NCBI GenBank assembly: GCA_976226885.1
Contig: OZ320316.1
Span: 79,670,001-79,734,000 of the forward strand
Direction of reading: 5' to 3'
DNA length: 64,000 bases
Source: Iphione sp. A-MEVVRFRX5
Lineage: Eukaryota
Of this stretch, positions 1-12,200 are shown one piece after another. How positions within the stretch are numbered: position 1 is the stretch's first letter; every line of letters starts with the position of its first letter. Both the position numbers and the translations under genes were made by a program. Below the pieces are notes generated by a model that was given only the letters and a program-made list of their open reading frames with translations, had not been told where the DNA came from and made no database searches.

Positions 1-869
1 GGAGACCAGACCACAACAGAGATTTCTCCATCCCAGAGGTTGTTTCCTAAGCAAGAGTCTACTGTATACAGACACACCCACACTGTCTGCAGCTCAGGCG
101 AATCTGTGAACATCACCTCAGATCGGTTGCTTTGGAAGATCGGAACCCTTCTATATCCTACATTTTGGCGATAATCCTGGAAATTTATCTCAAGACTCTG
201 AATGTGTGCAAAAGAGCTCTGATAGCTGCGACCCAGAAGAGTGATCAGCAGCAATGAATCATAGGCTATTTTGGATGCAAGCGACGCCAACGCCCTACAC
301 AAAGGAACTAAGAACTGTTTGCTGTTGCTGCTGTATCCCCGGCCCTATGAGTGGATTGGTTGGTTGGAGCTGGACTTATCACTGGAGCGTGTGTGCGCAT
401 GAATACGCGGGACGCTCTTTACTGGGCTTGCTCGGAGCAGTGGCTGCAACATATCGGTGAATTTTCTAGGTCATCCCTAGTATGGAAGGACCTTCGTCTC
501 CCTCAATATCCCTCTCTCCGTTTATCGATTTCTACATTGCCACTGTTCTAGATCAGACAGATCACTGCACTGAAGAGCGATGGCGATGCTTCATTGCTCT
601 CAGATTGTGTGTGCGTCCCTCCTGTTTCTTGTGCTTATTTCTTAACCACCACCCCCGGCCAGCCATATTAAGAATACATGGTCACGTCAGGACTGATAAT
701 AGATGACATCGAGCTTCTTTCTACTCTTGTATTTTGCTGAATATCTAAAGAGATTGCAAACTAAAGGGAGGAAACATCTCACGCTGACATTTGTGGGGTG
801 ACCTAATATTTAATTTGTTTATTCGTTACTACATGATATGTATTCATAAAGGGTGCTTTTTCACCGTAT

Positions 870-1680
870 TCTCTGTAGCTATTGCGCTTTGCAGCTATCT
901 TCGCATTGTACGAAGGAGGAAGGGCTGGTTCTAGCGTAACGTTTGTGGCCCGGTGATGGATAGGTTGAGGGAAAAGGTGGTTGGCCGGTCGGTTTCCTGT
1001 CGGAAGTCACTGGCTCCATCTTGTGACGCCTTGGGTGTGGTCCAAGCGTCCGGGGCCGACCATGTCAGTGAAGTTGGTCGCCTGATAAATCGCTCACAAT
1101 CTACCCTCAGTGGGCCTTTGTGACACCCGCCGCCGTCCGGTTAAAATTTGATGAGGGCGGGCCTGCGCGTGCGGTCGACGTGATGGCTTTCTTCAACAAA
1201 GTTGGGCGGATCTAGGCAGGCATCCGCTCCGTTTCCTGAGGAGTTTTGCATAATTGACAAAGCAGACCCGCGGGTGTTGAGACCCCGTTGGGCGGTGTTG
1301 AACAGGTTTGGATGTGGTCGACAGGGGGGAGAACCTGAAGGTCTCAACTGGCGTCTAGTCAAGGTCAGATGTGGGCATTAACGCTCAGTCGCGACTTTAT
1401 CATTAAGAAGGCCACTTCCCTCAGGAAACGGTCCGACGGTCGGACGGAAGGACACGGCCCTGCCTGAAGGGACATAAAAGTTGAATGGCTAAACGACGAT
1501 TTGCAAGTTCGGGGGATGCGGAGGTGACCAAGTTTTTCGGCCGGGTCGGTCGACCGGTATCCATACCGTGAGCAAATCACCACCGAAGTGTCAAATCGTA
1601 TGGACACACTGCGGGCAAGCTGTCGCCATCCTCCAGGCTGGCTCAGCTAACGTTCCCGGCAGCGAAATTCCACTTTTACT
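870..1680 (+). ncRNA. GC-rich intronic structured-RNA island (unclassified)
   Basis: 13-bp perfect stem 1229-1241/1419-1431 enclosing 9-bp stem 1276-1284/1340-1348; hairpins 983-1015 (14 bp, 4 G-U), 1025-1050, 1057-1080, 1206-1227. Confidence 0.6.
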
Positions 1681-4600
1681 ATTTCCTTGGAACACGTAAT
1701 GGCCAAGACAGCCCCTGTATGGTTGCTAGTATTTGCTGCATCTCTTCAGAGAATGCACTGTCCTCTTTTTCTATGTATGATCAACGAGAAACACTTATAC
1801 ATTAGTATAATTTACACGTATAATATATTGTATTCATTTTAATTTGGATTTACAGTCGCAGTTTAGTGTAACCGAAGTTCTAATGATAAGAAGAATATAT
1901 TCTTATGACTACATCATTCCTAATAATTCCACAATTTAATATCTTGATAACACGCTCTTCTTAACTATTCATCTTGAAACACTAACGCAGTCTTGCGGAT
2001 AATATAATATTTTGGTGCGCATGTACATGTATATGGAAGTAATTACACTAGACTCATTCTGTTTCCTAGCAAATACGGAAACCGACAAATTTCTGTATTG
2101 CCCCTTTATTGTTTCCTAGTAAAAGGTGTTTAAATAACACGGTAGAAATTGACGTCGCACCTTAAGGTAGTGACTGCTTCGTAGCCTTTAGTGATATATA
2201 CGGGAGCTACATAATTTGAACTGATAGTGGCTTGATGGTGTAGTATACAGACGGCACTGATCATGGCACATTTATCAAAACATCTATAATATATCAAATT
2301 AGTGAGTTACTCATGCTATGTTTAGATCCCATAAAACCTCTATGCCGTACCTTTTATTCTGAAGGACATCCAGTACATAGAATTGACGTTCTGAACAGTT
2401 CTGTCCCCGTCCAGTATTGGCCTTCCTTTTTAATTGACCTCGAGTCACGATTTGGCACTAATGGATTTGCTGCATCACTTAATCAATCATACTATGTGTA
2501 AGCAAATATCCTAAACATCTCTTTGCTTCAAATTCCTTTTAGCACTTTAATTAGGTCAACCATTAATTTTCTGTCTCCCTATTTTATCAAAGCTCTTGGA
2601 GAATGTTGAAGTATGGACCATTATGCATATTTTGATACATGGACATGTAATGAGTACGACTCGCACATTGCGTTAGTGCTTATGAGCATCTGTCTCCTCC
2701 AATATGATGAAGAGGAGAATATAAAGTTTCGCTGGAGTCAGGCGCAGCCATACCTCAAAGTGCTGACGGTAGCTTTAGACGACGTATAAGGTTGATAAAT
2801 GGTGCTGCAGCTGTATGAAGTACCGTCGCTCCTGGCATGTCGCCAAGCTTAGATTTACACAGCCTGGCGTGTAGTTAGCTATGACAGGTGTGACCCGTCG
2901 CTGTCGATGGTAAAGCAAAAGAAGCGGGGATTTGCAACCAGCAGGTTATGGCGTTACGCTAATTTTCATTAATGAACTGCGTCACCCTGTTGGTACAAGC
3001 GTCAGAGACGCCATCACTGCCCCAGTTTCTATCTCGGTGTAAATGAGGTCTCGGCCAGTCAAGAAGTATATGGAAATGGGGATGTGGTTCAGGGGCAGAC
3101 TGGACAATTATGGTATAAATAGGTGAGGTGATCCTGATGTCACCCACACCGCCGGTATTATACCTATGCGTACTCGGTTACGTTGCTCAAATACAGATGT
3201 CAATAACCTCCAGTCTTTGACGCACAGCATTATGTGGAACAATTGTAGGATTAAACAGGTTGACAGGCCGACTGCACTCGCCCTGGAGATACCAGCTGCC
3301 TCCTAATCTACGCAGACGCTTGAACGTCGTAGAAACGCAGGAGCCGGGACGAGGCCCCGTGTTGCTTTGCTTGATGGAATTGTAAATTGGTTGTAATCAC
3401 AATTGATGCTCAGGTCCCTCGGTTGCCGTGCATTCAATTCGGGCCGATGGTTGCAGGCGAGTGCAAGACTCAGATTTGATTTGCGATCATGCCAGACGCG
3501 GGTCCCGCTGTGACCATCCCTCCAAGGCTTCCCGTTCGCCTCCACGTAAAATATTGCACCCGGGTCGAGAAGCACCTTATCCTGCTTTCCTATTCGCTTC
3601 CTAAAAATGTCCCTAGGTGGTGTCTCACTTGGGACTGGTCGCGAGTTGCGTGTATCAGCAGCGCTCACTGGGTGGGTTTCATGGGTGTGAAAACGAAGAG
3701 GATAGAAACAATAGTAGAGATATCAATAAGAGATGGGGATAGGAGAGAGGGGCATGGTAATAGGCATTGGAATAAAGAAAGATATAGTACTTCGTGAGGA
3801 AAATGAACCCAAGGGGAAACTGGGATCTTTTGGTTTGGGGAAACTGTAAACTTTTCATACCCTATAGAGATTCTTCTTGTACTCATGAGACCTGAGCATA
3901 ATAGATAACACCCGAGACCATAACCACGAAACCTATCGTGACTGTAGAACTTTAGCACGTTTGTCGTCTGCTCGCACTAAATATTGACAAAAGGTACGAA
4001 CGTCGGTGACGTAGGAAGTAGAACACCAGCCACAGTTGAACGGCGGCCCGTGAGTGACTTTCGAGCTAGCACAGAAACAGTATGTTCTTTGGTGTCGAGA
4101 TCTCCGAGGAATAGTGATCAATGCACACAAGGACCCGATGTGGCAGAGATAGAGAGCGATGATAGCGTTGAACCTCTTGTTGTAGCCTCTGGCATCGCTC
4201 AGTCACTCGGCCTCGCGACGCCGCTCGCTGCCTCACGGGTCTCTATTTGCTCGCGGCGATGGCTATCGGGAGTCGGCGACTCGCGGGCTCGAATTAAAGA
4301 TTCATGGTGTAATTCCAAAAACTTAGCATCCATCACGGCTGTCAGTGGGTTTAATAACGCGGCCGGCAGTCGGGGGTTGCGCCAGACGGCCCTGATCAGA
4401 GGCCGCGATGGGCATGATGACGCATATCATGACAAACGGTCGCCAGCTCGGACGCCGCCGTCCGCCAGTATGTCATTCATCAGCGTGACGGTTTGCTGCC
4501 GACGCCAAGAAGCGCCGACGCCTGTTGACCTACTTCCAGCCAATTTCCACAAGGGCCGGTCTCTGTCAATAAGGAAACCGGGAGCGAGCCCCGAGCAACA

Positions 4601-7063
4601 AGAGCCACTGTCTGGCCACCGCGCCCGCCACCACTACTACCGCCAACGCCGACGCCACGTGCGCGATCTTTCTACCACCCCCATATGGCAGCTAGACGCA
4701 TTCCTACGAAGGCACTCCTATATACGACAGGGGGGTGTTGGTGTATGCGGCGACGAGGGAGAGACCAACGCCAGTGTGTCTGAGCACTTCGCTCGATTGA
4801 GAGGTTGGCCTGACAAGAGCGGTTTATGAGAAAAGCTGAAGCAAGTATTCGCTCTCTATCCATCCTCCAAATACCACCCCTTTCAGTGGATGCTATAGCA
4901 AGAGCTAGTTTGATGCAAACACTGGTCGATTTATCTACCGCGTAATCGCTGTTGCTGTTGATCAGTCGCTGGATGATCCTACAGGAACAAATGGTATTAT
5001 GCCTTACCCGTTTGGGGCCGCATTCTAGATTAGCATGTCTAATGCCCAGGGATTATCCTCGTGGTTCGAGACGGAGATAGAATTAGCAAGCGGCATTTTG
5101 AGGATGCTGATGCGCTCACGGTGGCAGCCAACTTCCCACCCCAGAAGCTATTACTATACATGTCTCCGATACTTCAACCGAGGTGGCCATGTAATTTGGG
5201 GCCCGCCAACAGGCATTCCCTCTCCACATTGGTATTGCTGAGGCTGCCTTCCGAAAGGCCTATCAGTGTAATTATAAGGCCTAAAATCAAACAGAGCCCA
5301 AAGAGCAACAGCGTAGGCGACGCATCGAAATTTAGCTGTAAGCCAATTCATATGAGCGCCTCATTTCAGCGAAGAGGTTTGGAGGGTGAACGAGATGGGC
5401 TCCGGCGGGGTTGCCTCCATCACCGGCCGACGGGGCGGCTTAGTCACACTTAACAGGTGATCCTACCGTGAAATATTGACACTTCCAGCGCATTCAGTCC
5501 AAAGCTTCACCTTTATTTAACTCGGGCATTCTAATGAAGATAGATTGGACGTTGCTCTCCTGCTCCAAGCTCATGAAACTCCCAACCTCAATTCGTCGCC
5601 TTCGCCCCAGTCACACACCCCATGGCCTTCGCCGCTGAGCACACATGGGAATGACCAAGGTGACATTGAAACTGCCACCGTCCTTTTTTCGCCCTTTTAT
5701 TAGCTCTTGCTGACGCTTGCTTCTGCCTCCTGACAGGTCAGCTAGCAGCGGCACAACCCGAAGGCCAATGTTGTTTTATAGCTGAGGAGGCGGGTGTTTG
5801 GGCGACAACTGCAGGCTATCACATCAGAGGCCGTTTCCATAACCATTAGAGTTACATCTGGCCGCATAAAAGTTTGATGTGCTTCTTCTGTGTTAAAATC
5901 ATGCCCATAGTCCTGGGTATTTTCCTTTTGCCGTGGTGTGGAGAGACGCGAGTTGGTGATGGCACGAATGCAGTTAACTTGCTATGTAACTAAACAGCGT
6001 GGGCGTTTTTTTAATCTTCCCTAGGATAACTTGCATTTTCGTTACCCTTCCCTCCCATTCCTCACCATAGACACAAAGGAAGTACAACCAGGATCACACA
6101 GACACATAGACGCACCACACCCGTGCAACAGGAAATGCACACATCCCAACGCACACGGATACGCCCCTATAAACGCCATCTCCGCTACAATGGCTTCCTA
6201 CGCTTTTCCACGAGAACTCCAATCACGTCAATGATTAATCCTCCTCGCGGGAGTCCACAGAATGGACCACCGGCCCCAATCTGATAAACCCTGCTGAACA
6301 TGTATTCATTCATATTTCTGCGGTAAGTCGTTTAGGTCTGCTGGCAGTTGACCTCCTCCCTCCCCAACATCCGACTGGTCCTTATAGGACATCTAGACAT
6401 CCCCAGTATTCCCACCCCGTATACTCCTGCCCTCCCCCACTTCACTCATCGCTCCACTGTCAGACGATGGAAAATTTTACACCAGTCTGCAGTGCTGTAT
6501 AAATGAGGTATAAATATGCTAAAAGATGTTTCTATGACTATTATTCATCAGATACCAGCGTGAAAGGCATCCACTGCGTCCAGGCCTAATCGTGGTCTGT
6601 GGGGCGCAGGCAACTCATAAATACGCCCTGTAAAACTCGCACCGAAAATAAGGTGGTGCATCACAAAAACGGCTATTACCTTTTGACCGAGTTCACAACG
6701 TATTATGAGAATTTTTCCTGATCCGGGCAATGCCAGCCTGCGGCGGGGAAATAATATAATGGATAGGGTATAGTTAGAGGGTGCTTAGATCAACAAAACG
6801 ACGGCCATCAGTGTCTCGTGCAACGTTGGGTTGGAGCGCAGTTTGTCCCGGTCTACGTATGCATTGTTCAATTAGAGAGATGAGCACTGCGGTGGAGGCA
6901 CAGTAGGGCCAAGCAGTGGGGGCGCCGCCGTGCGCCTGAGAGAGCCGCATGATCAGAATGTACAAACACGAGCAACACATCCCGCCTTTGACTCAGGCTT
7001 GTCGCGGACAAACAGCGCTTGATGAACGAAGACAGAGCAGCGCTGCTCTAGTGCCAGCGCATA

Positions 7064-7064
<1 letters not shown>

Positions 7065-7095
<31 letters not shown>
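7065..7095 (+). repeat. (CGG)~10 trinucleotide microsatellite
   Basis: cggcggcgg... read directly. Confidence 0.95.
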
Positions 7096-7097
<2 letters not shown>

Positions 7098-9208
7098 CCG
7101 TCGAGCCCACAGCAGCAGCCATACCACACCCGACAAGTCGGCGTGACACACTGACGCCAAAGGCGGCTTCTATCACGACGACTGCTGTGATGGAGCGCCA
7201 CCCCCCCCCCACCCGCCTGGACGAGGAGGTAATGCTGTCGACGTTTCCTTCTTACCACCTCCGCTGTCATTTGTGCCAGCTTAGCTAACCAAGACCACCC
7301 CAGTTGCTAGTGACCCCTATACCGAGTGAAACTGCATACAATATTCCCATCAGATCTGACAAGACTGGAGATGGATTTTTTTTTCTGTTGATGCAGCCTT
7401 TTACACCAGGTTGGACGGTGAAAACAGAAAACAAGCGATCTAATACGAGGTTTGGGGCGATGTCGTCATAAATAGAAACAAGCGATCTCATCCCATGTTC
7501 CTTGGTGAATGACACAGGATGCACTGGCAATTGATGGAAAACACAGGCACACACGCAGTCAGTCCTAATTTCCGAATGCAGCTTCAGATCCCTTCGATTT
7601 CAGCCCCTTCAGTATACGACGCCCGTCCAGCCAGACTCATTTACAGGCGCATTCCGAATCACTAACTGCTAGATTTAGTTCAAATTGGACTGTGGATGAT
7701 TAGATGGGCGACCTCGATGGCCTCAGCAGGAAACCGTCGCTGATGGGCTAAGTATGCACCAAGCGCAACTAATGAGTTCATGAATCAGAGTGACATGTAA
7801 ATCAACATGGCCTACGATGTTTCGACATTATTACACTGTCGCTCACTGAATGTTATCGTTAAGAGTATGCGACATTTCAGGGTTTTTGGAAAGTGGCCAT
7901 GCATTTATATGAACAAGTTGTTTTCGACGGAAAAGAGCAGATAATATGATTTATACACACATCAAAGAGCGACCCCCGTGCATTTCCTCAGCAACATAAA
8001 GTACTGTGTAATATCCCTCTTCATAGAAATATGATGTCCTGTGTGCTCTGAATCTAGCTCTCTAGTGCACATGTATACATTTGCTGGTTAGGCCAAACCC
8101 GTCGATGTAAAGTACAGAGAGAAACAAAATACTGTACAGATGTTAAGATTTTTTAGCGCGACGAATACCTGTATGAGGATCTTATTAAAACTTCCATTTT
8201 TGTAAGACATTCTGGCACTCACGCTTTCTTTGAAGTGAGTCAATAAACAACCCACTCCTACCTCATAAATCAGACTATATTGCATCCTGACTGAAGTATG
8301 TATTGTTAGTGCATCAAATAGGCAATGATCTGGCAAATCACAGACAAGGTAGGTGATGGGAGTGATTGGCATTCAGCTTGCGGTTCACGCTGTTCTGAGT
8401 AGATGAAAAGAACATGGGCATCTCCAGGGATTCCTGCCAAGCTGCTCGTCCATCAAACAGAGGATAAACTACTAGGCCATGTACATCGTGATTTAAGGCT
8501 TTCCTCGTGCATTGAAAATCCTACGCGTTTTTTTGGTGCTGCAAATACTCGTATGATCAGTTCCGTGATTTCCGATCAACAAAGTGAAATGGAAACGTCA
8601 AACAGCGAAGGATAGATCCGTTACTGTAAAAGGTTGCTTTAATCCTCTGCCGAAACGCACCTCTGGGTGTCAGCTGCCTACAGATAAAATTGTTTTCTCG
8701 AAACTAACAATTGTAGATCGCCTAAAAGGTGGCCTCTTTATCGCTTCCCTTCCCTTTCCCACTGTGGCAAAGAGATTTATGGAGCAGATATTCAAATACG
8801 ATGCTTAGCTCCTAGATTTAGTCGGATTACAGACGACGGGACACGAATGAAGATGGACGCTCCATTGATTAGCGTTGGTCTATTGATCGGCCATTGTTGA
8901 TAGCCATCTAAATTATGGCACCGTAAAAGACTGAAACAGCACTCAGACACCAAACACAAACAGAAACACTGTAAAAAGGGCTGTTAGGATGATCTATTTT
9001 TGACTATGATTGTTATTTAAAGTAACCATTTCGTGTTGACAGATTTGGGGACGTTTCGGCAAGCTGCCTGGCCTCCAGAGTGTCATATATCACTATGCAG
9101 TGATCGTTGTTTTGTTTAGTATTAACATTTCAGTAACTGATTAATAACTGTTCCTTGTTTTTCCTTTTGACGTGAGTAACGTTGGCATCTTCTCTCATCT
9201 CCTTTCAG

Positions 9209-9288
9209 GTTGTGCGTTTGTCAAATTCAGCTCACACGCAGAGGCTCAGGCGGCCATCAACGCCCTCCATGGCAGTCAGACAATGCCG
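9209..9288 (+). CDS. CELF4: CELF exon: second half of RRM2 ([27 protein letters not shown]), 80 nt, phase 1-0
   Basis: tctcctttcag|GTTGTGCG...ATGCCG|gtacgt; contains the RNP1 motif GCAFV. Confidence 0.96.
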
Positions 9289-12200
9289 GTACGTTCTCTT
9301 CGCTTACTGAATATATCTTTTTTCAAGATAACGTAGATAAAGGAAGTAATTCGATGATATTCCGGTGTTGTAGTACATATACTTTCCTCAAAGTAGCCCA
9401 ATGTTAAGCAGACGGCTTTGAGAGATTCCCTGGCCTGACCTTTGTGAAAGGTACTAGAGGTACTGGACTGGATCGTATGGGTTTTAAAACAACGACTGGC
9501 TTACCGAGCAGGGACAATCGCCCTTAAGGGAGGGACATTGCCTCGCTGCAGGGACAGGACTGGCAGTGATAGATAGAGGCCAGCCGGCCCGCCCTTCCAT
9601 CACACTCCTTCCTCTCAAGATCATCAATAACCTAACAAACCACATAAAAACCCATCCCTTTGCGCCGCCCGCGTCCACTTCCCGCGGACTACTATGAAAC
9701 ATTCATCGGGGATGCTGTGGAGGGGCACCCCTACCCCCCCCCCCTTCCCACCATCCACCCCAACCCCAACCCCCTCCCTGTCACGCAGCGACATTGGTAG
9801 ACCTAGTATTCCTTTGTGGCCCACGTCCCCGACACAGCGACGAGCGACTCCCTCTGGCGGGCCGTACTTCCCGCTTGACATCGACATTTTTCGCCTCTAG
9901 TTTTCCTTGAGGTTCTAAGATACCATTTTCAGATGTTCTCGGGCTGAAGATTATCCTAGTGCTTCTCAAGGGATAGGGCACAATATTTGCCTGTCAATAG
10001 GTGGTATAAATTGTGGCCGATATAAATGAGGCAGTTTTGGAAATGAATTATCAATATGTATAAGCCTTTCCTGTGCCCGTTAGATATATTACCTTTGGAT
10101 ACCCCTTACATGTTGGGATCCTCTTCCATTGACCTTAAAGACGTTTTGTCACAAACCTTTTTCTCGTCGGAATAAGCAACTGATCGTTGCCGTGGCATCA
10201 AATTTCGGCTTACTGAATTTGAGAGCCGGCAAATCCAAAATAGGTACGGTGCCGACCATTATGGCGACAATAATGTTTTATATGACCGATGAGGCCCGTG
10301 GGGGAAGATTAGCTTTAATAACCAACTGAGACCAGTCCTACGAAAGCAGTGGTTTATTTTAGAAGGAAAAATGTCGTTGTCCTTTAGCAGGAGGCGGGCA
10401 CTACCAGCGATATGGCCAGAATTTAGTCACGAAGGTTCGAGAGCTGTTAATGATTAATGTTTTAAGTGGGCTAGCCTACAAATCAATGCTAGCATAAGGT
10501 GGCCACGAGGCAGCATGTTTGGACTAAGAGTCGGGAGGAGGCGGTGAACTCTGCTGGCCGGCAGTAGCCGCTTGGCATGCAATGTAGAAATCGTCCTGAT
10601 GGAACGGATAGCGGGTGCGGGCGGTAGCCTTCTCGTGATTTGTGCCACTACATGTAAGTAACTGGCCCGTAGGATAGGAGCTCCGGCGGCTTACATGTTT
10701 GAAGCTCGAGCCGTTCGTTTGCTCATCGCTGCTACTACTCCCACCCTCCCCACCGATCCCGGCGAGCTGCTCACCCACGCCTTCACTGGGTGGCAGCTCC
10801 GTCGTTGGCAGACTCCCCGCCTCCCGGCTGCAAGAAAACGGGCAGCAGTCATAATCATCATCCTGTACTTCAGGCTTCACTCGGCACAGCAAATAATGAC
10901 CTAATTCATCCACTCAGCTCTGCACAGAGTAGGTCATTTGCTACTACCCAAATGAGTAGTTCGAATTACAGAAAATATGGGAGTTACGCCCCCTATGATG
11001 CGTCTTTATTGGCCTATGTTTAATATCGGACCTACTCCGACGTTCGTTGAGGCTTTAATCGAAAACATCTGTGCATACGGTAACGGCTTGGAAAGTGAAA
11101 ATATGTGTCGTAATGACACCATTTGAATTACCTTCATCTATTATTACCACTCAGTAGTATAGAAAAAAACTTTCCAGCTCTCTTTAAGTGACGTTACGAG
11201 ACTGTTGTTTATCCTACTCATAACGATACTCTCGTCAACTTTCCGTTGATGATTACTCTTATACAAGCATCAGAAAACGACATCAAAAGCCGCGGATATT
11301 CTGTGTGGAAATGGAACCAAGTCGATCCAATCAAACAGTGGCGTCACTGACAGCCGTGCACCTGTTAAGATTTTTGTCCAACATTTGTTCCACGCAGATA
11401 TGAACCGACCAGCTACATTAATGCTAAGCCACCGGCAGGTGCCTGCCCAAGAAAGATAATGGCGATTTAGGTAAAGCATATAGATATAATGGATATCACA
11501 TGTTTGTAATTCTTCTTCATATCTCAAGTCGTTTAGTCCGATGCATCCATAATGCGTAATATCAAGTTCATCTGAGGATTACTAAATAAGGTTACTTTTT
11601 CGAGCATTCTTCCTTTGCTTCATGGCAGTGCTGCGTAAGTTTATCGATATTTGGTGATAAATCATCAATCAGATCATACCGAAGGGACCTGAGGTGCACG
11701 TTTTGGCACCTTTCCAAAGTTGCCATCCTACAGATGTGCTTATTGGACCGATTGGTCGTCACGCACTATCCCACCCACCCACTGTTCACCTCCGCTACCA
11801 AGGATGGAGGTGGAGGCCCCCCTGCCTGTGCCCCGGACTGGAGGGGAAATGCAATATGCTGAGAGTGATATATGCTCATATCATATGATCCGATCGGTTC
11901 GATCATCTCTGTGGGGATCAAACAGAAGCAAATCACGACAGTCCCCAGCCAACATATTGATCGAGATTCCCACCGTCCAATTCGACCAAATTGTAATCTC
12001 ATGTAATATGCGAGGCAGTCAGCAGTCGTTCAGCCGGAGACGAACATTATTTACACTCTCGCGCGCGCACCAGCCAACACATACGAAGCTCGAGCAGTAG
12101 ACCAGTAAAGGTACATGTGTGGAAGTATGCTAATTGTAAGTGCTGTCGGTCTGATACGAGACCAAGTGTTGTGCATTACTAACTGTATTGGTCCTGATAT

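Noticed and set aside
3984-4829. 281-aa ORF (longest in the CELF region)
   Set aside because: No recognisable domain or splice context; Arg/Ser/Ala-rich translation typical of GC-rich non-coding sequence; region better explained as a structured intron.
1-9208. Upstream CELF exons (RRM1, first half of RRM2)
   Set aside because: Searched for KLFVGML/KLFIGQ-type motifs with splice sites and found none; they must lie 5' of the window.
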